Source: Promethearchaeota archaeon
GTDB lineage: Archaea > Asgardarchaeota > Hermodarchaeia > Hermodarchaeales > Hermodarchaeaceae
NCBI GenBank assembly: GCA_048938295.1
Contig: JBHLMI010000005.1
Span: 60,001-92,000 of the forward strand
Length of the DNA stretch: 32,000 nucleotides
Reading direction: 5' to 3'
The translations under genes and the position numbers were made by a program. Below, piece by piece: positions 1 to 8,795 of this stretch (within the stretch, counting starts at the first letter, position 1; the number at the start of each line of letters is the position of its first letter). The notes beneath the pieces are model-generated. The model worked only from the letters and a program-made list of their open reading frames with translations. It searched no databases and had not been told where the DNA came from.

Positions 1-129
1 TAAGAGGCTCTGAACAGTGTCTTGTTTTAACGATAATGCAGTGGCTATCGCTTCAGGAGATAATGGGCGGGTTGTGGATTGCAGGTAGTTAAGGACTCGT
101 TGGGCTTTTTCAGATAATCTGTACTTCAT
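1..129 (-). CDS. 5' fragment of a gene running off the window edge; N-terminal winged-helix-like segment
   Basis: Not in the ORF track. My translation from ATG 129 is MKYRLSEKAQRVLNYLQSTTRPLSPEAIATALSLKQDTVQSLL, open to base 1. A GGAGG SD lies just upstream (minus strand GGATGGAGGATAA-ATG). The HTH-like pattern is compatible with a regulator or an archaeal PheRS-alpha N-terminus, which cannot be resolved from 43 aa. Confidence 0.6.
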   Translation of the reverse strand, partial: MKYRLSEKAQRVLNYLQSTTRPLSPEAIATALSLKQDTVQSLL

Positions 130-325
130 TTATCCTCCATCCAGTGATACGAATACTGAGCTTCAGGAGCTGATACAAAATAAAACTAAGGGAACAGTAA
201 GAACAATACTTGTTCAAGGTAATTGAAATTCCAAGGCATCAGCCCATCCTTGTTTTCAATGGAGCTTCATTACCTAATACAATATTTAAAGTGTCCGATT
301 AAATCCAGGTGGATTTGAGTCACAT

Positions 326-1606
326 TTAGGTAGGTAAGGCTTTCAAAATCTTTCCATAAGGGATTTCGTAGCGATTTCCCCGTGCTCGATAAAAGATCGT
401 GGGGTAAGGGGCTTTCGTGAATGCCTTTCGATGTTTGGTGTCCACCAATAATATCATCTGTTTCAATCCGTTTTGTTTCAGAAAGGTTAATTGAGCGTGC
501 TTCTTTTGGGTATATTCCTCTCGCCAGTATCCAATTATTTCGACAAGGACACGAATATTATTCTTGACGAGAGCGAAATCAGGGATAATCACACGCGAGC
601 CGAATGTAAAAGCTTCGGGTTCTCGTATGATATCCCAACCTCGGAATTTATTATTATGCCAACTCCAGTAGAACTGCTTCTCTACTTTGGAGTCCAGAAA
701 GGCTTCTGAAGGTCTGGTGGAAGGGGGTGGAAGAAGCGGGGGAAGAGATTCAGAGTCTAGCTTAACAACGTATTGACGGTTCCGCAGAATAACATCTAGG
801 GAGATGGTCTCGAAGTGGATATCGACATTCGAAGTATCGCGAAAGAGCCCACTGATTACCTGTGCGATATTCCATCCGAAGGAGGAGGCCCGCCCAAAGA
901 AGATACGGGGCCCAGCTATTGTGGCACGGAGACCAGCATTAGTTGATTCGAGGTCGACCAAAACGCCATATCGTTTCGTATGTTTGAACAAGACCCGAGC
1001 AGTTATACCAAGGCTTGTTCCACTGATAAGGAGTGTTACTAAATCACAATTATAAAACAGTGTTTCTAATATTTCGTAGTTATAACCCTTAATCGCAGTT
1101 TCTGCAGTAGGTGCTGAATTGCTGCGGTGAAGAAGCATCTCATCTTCACGATGGACCGTGAGTAATTTGTTGATGGTTTCAGAGTCTAACCGTAAGATCT
1201 GACCAGCTTTGCTGAGCACTTCGGTGCGTTTCGCACGTGGGTAAAATCCACCATATGCATCTTGGATGTGTTGCCAGAACCATAGACGGAAATCCTCAAG
1301 GGAATCAATGCCTTGTCGTCGTAGCTCAGTCAGTTGTGCATCTTCTAGTAAATCTTTGAGAACACGGGGAGAAAATGAATAATTTCGGCTAAATAAGGTA
1401 GCAAAGAGAGCTTTTACTATTCGATTGTCAGGCGCCCAAGTTAGGGGAGTATCCAGGTCGATTTCTCCCCTTGACTCACCGAGATGAGCTTCAAGATAAT
1501 CAATTAACCGTTGGGGGAGCGCTTGGTCTTTGGGATGATTCAGGAAATAGGGAATAAGGTTTATCCCTCGGATTTGGTATTTGAGGTATTGCAGTCGAAG
1601 CACCAT
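326..1606 (-). CDS. bax1: DUF790 / Bax1-family restriction-endonuclease-fold nuclease (XPB partner)
   Basis: C-terminal FLDSKVEKQF...WDIIREPE...IIPDF...VLVEIIGYWREEYTQKK is the PD-(D/E)xK-type DUF790 signature, and an XPB gene lies 2.4 kb upstream on the same strand. Confidence 0.85.
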   Translation of the reverse strand: MVLRLQYLKYQIRGINLIPYFLNHPKDQALPQRLIDYLEAHLGESRGEIDLDTPLTWAPDNRIVKALFATLFSRNYSFSPRVLKDLLEDAQLTELRRQGIDSLEDFRLWFWQHIQDAYGGFYPRAKRTEVLSKAGQILRLDSETINKLLTVHREDEMLLHRSNSAPTAETAIKGYNYEILETLFYNCDLVTLLISGTSLGITARVLFKHTKRYGVLVDLESTNAGLRATIAGPRIFFGRASSFGWNIAQVISGLFRDTSNVDIHFETISLDVILRNRQYVVKLDSESLPPLLPPPSTRPSEAFLDSKVEKQFYWSWHNNKFRGWDIIREPEAFTFGSRVIIPDFALVKNNIRVLVEIIGYWREEYTQKKHAQLTFLKQNGLKQMILLVDTKHRKAFTKAPYPTIFYRARGNRYEIPYGKILKALPT

Positions 1607-1629
1607 GAGTAAGTTCCCTATTGATAATG

Positions 1630-3564
1630 TTAGTAGATACCACCATCTAGAAGCGTACCTAACTCAAGGAGACGCAGACCTTGGCCCCCACGGACATAGA
1701 TACGGCTACTACCAGTTGGGTCAGAGTGAATTAATGCAAAGATTCGATACCGATCCTTAAGACTTGGAGGAGGATCAGTCACGCGGAATTGGCCTTTCCC
1801 AAGCTTGACTTGTTCACCTCCTTTGGCTTTTTCCTCTTGTAAGACTCCTTGAATGAGGAGCGCAATATTCCAGGTTAGTTTTCGACTCCGACAAATCAAG
1901 ATGCTTCCCTGTAATAGTACAGTGTCGACACGATCAATGACCGTCAACCAGTCCTGTAAATCTGGGTGTAGCTTGTCAGAGCTGAGACTTTTTTCTGTGA
2001 AGTATTCTGAAGGAGCTTCAGTGATTTCCACTAGCTCTTCTTTTAACGTCTCAACAGAAGTTGAGTCTCTATCGTGTTCCTGCAGCCAATTGAGAAGGTT
2101 TGTGGTAATCTGCTGAAATTCTTCGTTCCGCTGGCAGCCTTCCGCGTAATATATGAGAATCATTCGCTGAAGCACTGGGTCAAGTAGCTGATGCAAGTCA
2201 AAATATTGGATAATGTGGATAACCTGGATGAGCAACTTCCAAGCTTCATCAAAGCGCCGGAGCGCGAAGTAAATTGAGGACAGATCGAGGAGAAACCGAA
2301 TCACTTCTTCTGGATCTGTAATTGAAGGAAATTCCGTCGATGTGATTTCCCCTCGAATAACTAGGAGTGCGAGATACAATGCCTGAGCAGTAGCTTGTTC
2401 GTTAGCAAAACCCCATTCTTGAACTTTCCGTGAAAAGATGGTAAAATACATCGTGGCAGATTCAAAATCCTCTAACAACAAGTTGATTGTGATACGAAGA
2501 ATATGGGTCATCACCATTAAACGGCGATAGATGGATGTAGTGGGCCGGACGTTTAGGAGGGTGCGGTTGCATTCCTCAATAGCCTGTTTAGCTTTCTCCA
2601 AATCCACACGTTCACCGAGATACAGATAGCACAGTGCAGTCAGATAGTTGAGGAGAATCAAATCAGGTGTGATTTGCCGGATTAAGCGGCGGTGAGCCGT
2701 AGCTGAGAGCTCCCACGAAAGCAGAACCAAGTGGTTATACAATTCCTCGCGAGCTTCGTCTATTTCGATTACAACGTCGCGATAATTTTGCTCTTGGATT
2801 TTATTCACATAGTTGGCATAATTACGCCGAAGTTCCTGGAGGAAATTTAAAAGGCCCAAGGCTTCTTGGTCAGTCATTCCCACCAAGTCTTCTTCGTCGA
2901 TAATGGGTCCCCGAAGTGATCGAACCACGTGAAAGGCTTGGTTTTCAATGAGCTTGATGCGTGATGTAGGATCATACATACTTCGTCGCGTTATACTGTA
3001 TTTTATTTCGGTATGTAAAACGCGCTCACGAAGCTCTTCGAGAAATTCAGTATCCTTAGGATTGTCGTAACTACGTTCAAGGAGGTGTAACAGAAAAGCA
3101 CTCCCCATCAATCCTTCTATCTCCGGTTCAAGGTTCCGAAGTGACTGGAGTAACTGGAAATCAGAACTGATAAGTCGTTTTTCATTTATTCTTTTCAATA
3201 AGATAAGTAACGACAGGTCCGGTGCTTGTGGGACACGCTCAACAACCTCTTTGGCTTTATTGATGTAGGAGTCCAATTCCTTCTGAGTGATATCAATTAC
3301 TTCAACAACTTTCAAGACTTGTCGCCGGAGTGGTCCACGTAACTCTTTCATAACTTGAGGGGAAGAATAGAGCTTAAACGACACCCGTTCGGTAATCTCT
3401 TTGAAGCGATTCAGAGTCTGAGGATTCTGAGCGAATGCAAGGATGAAGAAGTTTGCATCGACCGCCACTCGTGACCATGGTTTCGACTTCTGTTCTTCAG
3501 CGGGTTTAGGTTTTCGTTTCCTTTTCTTACTTGTAGATATACGAGGCGACGTGTTTTTTGACAC
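1630..3564 (-). CDS. PIN-domain nuclease fused to a long TPR-like helical region and a C-terminal beta-rich domain
   Basis: PIN acidic residues are present in order: VAVDANF, QVMKEL, APDLSLL, LISSDFQL. There is a basic N-terminal tail (KKRKRKPK) and about 380 aa of helical-repeat-like sequence. GTG start with AGGAG SD; 23-nt gap to bax1. Confidence 0.8.
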   Translation of the reverse strand: MSKNTSPRISTSKKRKRKPKPAEEQKSKPWSRVAVDANFFILAFAQNPQTLNRFKEITERVSFKLYSSPQVMKELRGPLRRQVLKVVEVIDITQKELDSYINKAKEVVERVPQAPDLSLLILLKRINEKRLISSDFQLLQSLRNLEPEIEGLMGSAFLLHLLERSYDNPKDTEFLEELRERVLHTEIKYSITRRSMYDPTSRIKLIENQAFHVVRSLRGPIIDEEDLVGMTDQEALGLLNFLQELRRNYANYVNKIQEQNYRDVVIEIDEAREELYNHLVLLSWELSATAHRRLIRQITPDLILLNYLTALCYLYLGERVDLEKAKQAIEECNRTLLNVRPTTSIYRRLMVMTHILRITINLLLEDFESATMYFTIFSRKVQEWGFANEQATAQALYLALLVIRGEITSTEFPSITDPEEVIRFLLDLSSIYFALRRFDEAWKLLIQVIHIIQYFDLHQLLDPVLQRMILIYYAEGCQRNEEFQQITTNLLNWLQEHDRDSTSVETLKEELVEITEAPSEYFTEKSLSSDKLHPDLQDWLTVIDRVDTVLLQGSILICRSRKLTWNIALLIQGVLQEEKAKGGEQVKLGKGQFRVTDPPPSLKDRYRIFALIHSDPTGSSRIYVRGGQGLRLLELGTLLDGGIY

Positions 3565-3667
3565 GGTCAGAACTCCTTGAATTCTAATATATTATACCAT
3601 TTCTTACCTGAAAAGATAAATAGTCAGTTTTGTGTGTCTAGTTCACCAAATAAAAACGGTGTTATTC

Positions 3668-4012
3668 ATGGCACGTCCTTCCCTTTTCGGCGGTATTATG
3701 ATCGGTGCAGCAGCATGGCTCCAAGTGTTTGTGATTTTCTTTTTAACTCCTGTAACATGGCAGCTAGCTGTGATACCCGGCCTATTCTTCCTTTCCGGAT
3801 TGTTTTTAGCAGGATTAGCGGGTGAAGAAGCCCATTATGCTGAGTTAGCAATTGGTGGGATTCTAATCGCCGTCGCCATTGGATTTGTTGGCTGGTTTTA
3901 CCTGACCAGTGGTGGGCAACTTCTGGTTCCAGCCCTATTTTCACTAGGCGCGGGCATTCTCATCTTGGTGGGTCTTGTCTTCATCATGGGTGGACAAAGT
4001 AAAGGCTACTAG
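3668..4012 (+). CDS. Small membrane protein with about 4 hydrophobic segments, function unknown
   Basis: ATG 3668 (MARPSLFGG...) gives 114 aa with four Gly-rich hydrophobic stretches. It fills the gap between the PIN gene and the XPB stop. The ORF-track start at 3632 is probably too far upstream. Confidence 0.65.
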   Translation: MARPSLFGGIMIGAAAWLQVFVIFFLTPVTWQLAVIPGLFFLSGLFLAGLAGEEAHYAELAIGGILIAVAIGFVGWFYLTSGGQLLVPALFSLGAGILILVGLVFIMGGQSKGY

Positions 4013-4031
4013 AAAGACAACAGTTGCCAGT

Positions 4032-5714
4032 TTAATCAAGTTCCTGCTCTTCAAACTGTCTTCGCCGTGAGTGGCCATCTTCTAAAGTTGCCTCAGTGAC
4101 CAGTTCATACAGAATTGCCTGTTCTTTTTGCGGTCGTAAAAGCCGCCCCAAACGCTGAATGAACTCACGCTTGCTCCCTGTTCCAGAGATAATGATACCA
4201 ACAGATGCGTCAGGAACATCTATCCCTTCATCTAGGACTTGGCCTGTTACGATTTTTGTCAAAACACCTGATTTGAAAAGTGTGAGAATTCTGTCCCGTT
4301 CTGAAACTTTGGTCTTATGTGTAATTAGTGGGAGCCCAAATAGGTCCGACAGATGCTCGACGACTCTAGTATATCGAGAGAAAAGTATGATCTTTTCATC
4401 AATATGTTGCTGGAGTAGGGCTTCTACCTGATCGATTTTTTCCGAAGCTTCAAGCGCCACCCGTCGGGCCTTTTCTAAATTGGACAATGCTTCCCTCGCA
4501 TCTGGATCAAAGACGGTACGTTTCACAATAGTATCAAATTGCCAGCCAGGCTCAATATCATCAAGTTTCCGTGTATAGTTACGAAATGTACGCATGTGAG
4601 AGTCATAACGGGCTTTCTCTTCGGGTTTCAGCGCAATTTCGATTCGACGAATTTCATAGGGGGCCAAGAAGCCCCTTTTTTCAAGGAGTTTAGGAGCAAT
4701 TCGGTAAACAGTCGGTCCCACGAGACGATCGAGATCCTGATGTAGTTCATCAAATCGTTCTGGGGTGGCAGTTAAGCCTAATCTATGCGGTGCCAAAGAG
4801 AGTTCAGCCGATAATCGGTAGGTCGGGCTGGGAAGATGATGAACTTCATCGAATATTAGGAACCCAAAAGCAGTGACATTGTGACTAGCTAACAGTGAGG
4901 CAGAATCGTAGGTTGCAACCGTAATGGGTTGTAGCTTTTTCGTTCCACCACCTAACACTCCAACCTCAGGCACATGCAAAAGCACTTCGAGAGCTTCGCG
5001 CCATTGGCTCAACAGATCAAGGGTGGGAACGACGATTAGGGTGGTTTCAGCAAGCTGCCGGATTGCCTCCAAGGCAACAATAGTTTTGCCTCCCCCTGTT
5101 GGTAAAACTACAACACCACGCTTTTTAGCTCCCTGCCATCGATGCAGTGCATCTTCCTGATATTCTCGAAGAACCATATCTAGCTGAAGTTGATTTGCAT
5201 AGTCATTAGGTAACCTAAAATTTAAAGAGAAATGAGTGATGACGGGATACTGCTTTTTTTCTAAGAACTCCAAGATTGTGTAATAGTCCATTATGCGTGC
5301 ATGAAATTGCTTTTCCTTGGCATTATATGTGAGAATAGATTTGATTTCTTCCAACTCTAAAAAGCCAATGGGTTTCAGTATCAAATCGCTTTTCCGGATC
5401 CTGAGTTCCGCAAATTTTCCCACACCTTTCTCTTTCAATATGGCTTTCTGGAAGCTGGGAGAAAGCTCGTAATCAACCTCAAAAAAAAGCTGTCTGAGTG
5501 TGTTTAGTTCAAGCTTGGACGCTTTCTTAAATTCTAGTTTAAATTGCATAGGTTCTTGGTCATTATCAGGATTCAGCCGTTCCGCAATCTGGTTGAGTCG
5601 TTTAACGGTTTCTTTGTCGGCTTCTAAGACTGCAAAATAAGGTGAACTCTTTCGAATGATCCGTGGAATGACCGAAAACCTCCTATCAGACAGCCATCTG
5701 CGCCGTAGTTTCAT
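4032..5714 (-). CDS. xpb: XPB/Rad25-family SF2 DNA helicase/translocase
   Basis: LREYQEDA (Q motif), LPTGGGKT (Walker A), FDEVHH (DExH), LTATP (motif III), LDEGIDVPDA, QRLGRLLRP (motif VI); linked to bax1. Confidence 0.9.
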   Translation of the reverse strand: MKLRRRWLSDRRFSVIPRIIRKSSPYFAVLEADKETVKRLNQIAERLNPDNDQEPMQFKLEFKKASKLELNTLRQLFFEVDYELSPSFQKAILKEKGVGKFAELRIRKSDLILKPIGFLELEEIKSILTYNAKEKQFHARIMDYYTILEFLEKKQYPVITHFSLNFRLPNDYANQLQLDMVLREYQEDALHRWQGAKKRGVVVLPTGGGKTIVALEAIRQLAETTLIVVPTLDLLSQWREALEVLLHVPEVGVLGGGTKKLQPITVATYDSASLLASHNVTAFGFLIFDEVHHLPSPTYRLSAELSLAPHRLGLTATPERFDELHQDLDRLVGPTVYRIAPKLLEKRGFLAPYEIRRIEIALKPEEKARYDSHMRTFRNYTRKLDDIEPGWQFDTIVKRTVFDPDAREALSNLEKARRVALEASEKIDQVEALLQQHIDEKIILFSRYTRVVEHLSDLFGLPLITHKTKVSERDRILTLFKSGVLTKIVTGQVLDEGIDVPDASVGIIISGTGSKREFIQRLGRLLRPQKEQAILYELVTEATLEDGHSRRRQFEEQELD

Positions 5715-5832
5715 GCCTCTTTCTACCGAATAGGCTTAAAGTGAATCGGCAGATATCAATGATTAAAGAAGAAAAGCATTAAATGTCTTGGTTCCTAGCG
5801 AATCCTAGGCTTGATTTTGGGAGGCTGAACTT

Positions 5833-6660
5833 GTGTCGTTAGACAAAGAACTCCGGGAAATAGGGATTCGCACCAGCGAAGCAAAACAGCTGGAAGAGGA
5901 AGGAAAAATACAGGAGGCCGTAGAGCTTCTGATGCAGCTGTCCCAAGAACTTCGAGCTCTCGCTGATCGGGCTAATACCTCCTCCCTTCGTGGGGTTCTC
6001 ATGCAACGGAGCCTTGAATATGCTAATAACGCCACCCAGCTGAAACGGCAATACCTCGCTGAAGGAGCAGCAGAGACAGCAGCAGACCAGGAGGGTGTAG
6101 CAGAAGTACAAATCCTTCGGGGTCCGCATATTGCTGCACAACTTCTGAGAATGCTGCAATCGGCTCAATATCGAGTTCTCATCGCGACGCACGAGTTGCA
6201 TGCGATCGATTTAATTGATCCTGAAGCTCAAAAACCAGCAGTTAATCTGCTGACAATTTTACAAGAATTGCACGAAGCCGGAGTGAGAATCCGAATTCTG
6301 ACAACACCGCCAGCTCAAATTGAAGGAGTGGACCGGTGGAAACAAGCAGATGCGCTGCAAACCCTTGCTAATAGTGGAGTGGAATTCAAACTTTGTTCAC
6401 ACCTTCATTTCAATGGCATTCTGGTCGATGACGCAGGGGTGTGGCGGGGAACAGCATCCCTTACTGAAAGAGGGTTAGCCGGGTTGGATGATGTGGTAGA
6501 ATATTCAACTGCCCATTGGCTGAAGGCAGTCTACCTCGATTTATTCCGTGCTCGATGGGAGCAAAGTGATTATTCTTGTTCTCATTGCTATGAGAAGACC
6601 TGTCTATCGAAATTCAAAGCTGAAGACCCACGTCGAAGCTATGAGGAGACATCCTCATAA
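5833..6660 (+). CDS. MIT domain + degenerate phospholipase-D-fold domain protein (MITD1-like architecture)
   Basis: N-terminal three-helix MIT pattern (AKQLEEEGKIQEAVELL...LRGVLMQRSLEYANNATQLK). PLD-fold pattern LLRMLQSAQYRVLI...GVRIRILT...HLHFNGILVDD...GTASL...FRARW. GTG start with GGAGG SD. Confidence 0.8.
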   Translation: MSLDKELREIGIRTSEAKQLEEEGKIQEAVELLMQLSQELRALADRANTSSLRGVLMQRSLEYANNATQLKRQYLAEGAAETAADQEGVAEVQILRGPHIAAQLLRMLQSAQYRVLIATHELHAIDLIDPEAQKPAVNLLTILQELHEAGVRIRILTTPPAQIEGVDRWKQADALQTLANSGVEFKLCSHLHFNGILVDDAGVWRGTASLTERGLAGLDDVVEYSTAHWLKAVYLDLFRARWEQSDYSCSHCYEKTCLSKFKAEDPRRSYEETSS

Positions 6661-7331
6661 TCAGGAAAAGGAGACTCGAGAGTCGGTTCAGCAACATCAT
6701 AGGCGGACACAATCTTCAGATAACCGCGGCGTTGTGCATGCCGAACGATTTCTTCAACCTCTTGTATAGGAATGTCAAGAGCCTCAGCAATGTCAATATT
6801 CCGGTGTTTGCCATCGGATAGAATAATAACTAGTAACGAACTCATACCGAAGCGTCGAAGAAGATCTTGCCGGATTGCTGAATCTTTATGGAGCAAACGA
6901 GGAATAGCAGTGATCCGAACAGGAATAGGTTCTTTCTGTGGAGTAAACCCAACGAGTTTATCCACTTCCAATTCGAAGCGGCGAAGTAACTCTCGAGCAC
7001 GTGGACTGGTTCGGAGTAAGGTGCTGAGCAGGATGATCTCATCTTTGAAGATTTTGAAGAAGGCATCACGGAGCGATTCAAGCAACTTCTCTGTGGTTGC
7101 ATCCTTTTTGACACAAGCTAAAAAAACAGTTCCTGCGTCGACGATGTAACTGAATGAAAGGTCTTCAAAGGTAATATCTTGCAGTTGGCGCCCCATCATC
7201 TCACTTTGGAAATGGACAAGAGACGAGAAAAAGCTGCTAAATAGGGTAGGATCAAATTCGAGAGGGGAGTATGCCTTGTGGTAGAGGGGAATGCCGCTAG
7301 TATCAATTACCCATACAGCGTGAACTACCAT
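6639..7331 (-). CDS. Longin domain + C-terminal winged helix protein
   Basis: HAVWVIDTSGIPLYHKAY...DPTLFSSFFSSLVHF...LQDITFEDLSFSY is the typical Asgard longin pattern. C-terminal DGKHRNIDIAEALDIPIQEVEEIVRHAQRRGYLKI is a wHTH. It overlaps the 3' end of the MIT-PLD gene by 22 nt (convergent). Confidence 0.8.
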   Translation of the reverse strand: MVVHAVWVIDTSGIPLYHKAYSPLEFDPTLFSSFFSSLVHFQSEMMGRQLQDITFEDLSFSYIVDAGTVFLACVKKDATTEKLLESLRDAFFKIFKDEIILLSTLLRTSPRARELLRRFELEVDKLVGFTPQKEPIPVRITAIPRLLHKDSAIRQDLLRRFGMSSLLVIILSDGKHRNIDIAEALDIPIQEVEEIVRHAQRRGYLKIVSAYDVAEPTLESPFPDYEDVSS

Positions 7332-7433
7332 CTAAGGCACCTGGATATCCGAGCTGGTTACTAGAACGGATTCATCTCTTTAAGCTTGCCTCGACGTTCC
7401 GTTTCCCTGAATAAAGATTTTCCTTATGGCATT

Positions 7434-8744
7434 TCATGGTTGAATACGACTGGGCGTGCGCGGGAATAGACACGCTTCACGAATATGCTTCAATTTTAAC
7501 AACCACACCAAAAATCGCTCTAACCCCATCCCAAACCCAGAATGAGGTGGAAGCCCGAATTTCCGAAGCTCTAGATACCAATCATATGCCGAAGGATCAA
7601 GTTTCTCATCCTTAATCCGCTTAAGCAGCAAATCCAAATTATGGATCCGTTGACCTCCACTGGTCAACTCGCCAAAGCCTTCGGGCGCAATCAAATCACT
7701 GCTGAGCGTAATCTCTGGACGATCAGGATCTGGCATGTGATAGAACGATCGCGCTGATGTGGGATATCCCGTGATGAAGAAAGGATCCTTGAACTGCTTG
7801 GAAACAGCGCGTTCTGCCTCAGTGCCTAGATCTTCTCCCCAGGGAACCTTGAATCCTTGTTTTTCCGCTATGGTAATCGCTTCATCGTAGGAAACCCGCC
7901 TAAAAGGTAGTTTCGGCAGTCGCACTTTCACCTTCAGAACGTCTAATTGAGGTTGAAACTGCTCTACAATGTAAGACACTAAAGCGTGAACTAAGCGTTC
8001 TTCGACGCCCATAATATCCTCGTGAGTGCCAAAGAGAATCTCAGCCTCCAAATGCCAATATTCGGTTAAATGCCGGCGGGTGCGATGTTTTTCCGCGCGG
8101 AAACTCGGAGAAAGGAGATACACTTTCTCCAATGCACAAATCGCCGCCTCTTCGTACAATTGCGCACTCTGACTCAGATACGCGGTTGTACCAAAATACT
8201 TGAACGGAAATAGTGTTGCACCGCCTTCAACACTGGCACCCACCATCACTGGTGGAAAGATTTCGGTAAACCCTTCCCCATCAAAGAACTGATGCGCTGC
8301 ACGACTCATCCCCGCCTTAATCTGCATAATCGACGTTTGGCTGGGACTCCGCAAATACAGATGCCGCTTATCATACAGGAAAGCTTCACCCGCATCCTTT
8401 TCAAGCGGCCACTCCGAGTCAGCAAGATTTACCACTTTAAACCCTGTCACCTTTAACTCAATACCCGTCGGCGCGCGTTTATCCACCACAATCGTTCCCG
8501 TCACAATAATGGATGATTCCAACGTCACCGCCTGCATCGCCTCAAAGGCATCCGGTGCCTGTTCACGGTGCCCTGCAGCTTGGATGATACCGGTCGGATC
8601 ACGCACAATAATAAAGATAACGCCACCATGCTCACGTTTCCGATGCACCCACCCTGTCAGCGTCACAGATACACCCTCCTTGGAGGTATCCAACTCCGCC
8701 ACATAATGGGTTTTTCCGAACGTTTTCAGCACTTTATCAGTCAC
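7434..8744 (-). CDS. asnS: Asparagine--tRNA ligase (archaeal type, class IIb)
   Basis: OB anticodon domain (GWVHRKREHGGVIFIIVRD), EGGATLF, FRAEKHRTRRHLTEYWHLEAE (AsnRS-type motif 2), PPHSGFGMGLERF...FPRTPSR. GTG 8744, downstream of GGTGGGA, is preferred over TTG 8768. Confidence 0.88.
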   Translation of the reverse strand: MTDKVLKTFGKTHYVAELDTSKEGVSVTLTGWVHRKREHGGVIFIIVRDPTGIIQAAGHREQAPDAFEAMQAVTLESSIIVTGTIVVDKRAPTGIELKVTGFKVVNLADSEWPLEKDAGEAFLYDKRHLYLRSPSQTSIMQIKAGMSRAAHQFFDGEGFTEIFPPVMVGASVEGGATLFPFKYFGTTAYLSQSAQLYEEAAICALEKVYLLSPSFRAEKHRTRRHLTEYWHLEAEILFGTHEDIMGVEERLVHALVSYIVEQFQPQLDVLKVKVRLPKLPFRRVSYDEAITIAEKQGFKVPWGEDLGTEAERAVSKQFKDPFFITGYPTSARSFYHMPDPDRPEITLSSDLIAPEGFGELTSGGQRIHNLDLLLKRIKDEKLDPSAYDWYLELRKFGLPPHSGFGMGLERFLVWLLKLKHIREACLFPRTPSRIQP

Positions 8745-8795
8745 ACTAAGTCCCACCAAATACAGCAAACAACAACAGGAGAATAACGGTACCGG

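Noticed and set aside
1630-3564. SMG5/6/7 orthology of the PIN-helical protein
   Set aside because: The domain order is reversed (PIN first) and no specific shared motifs are visible.
7434-8744. AspRS assignment
   Set aside because: RHLTEYWHLEAE and the FPRTPSR C-terminus fit archaeal AsnRS better.
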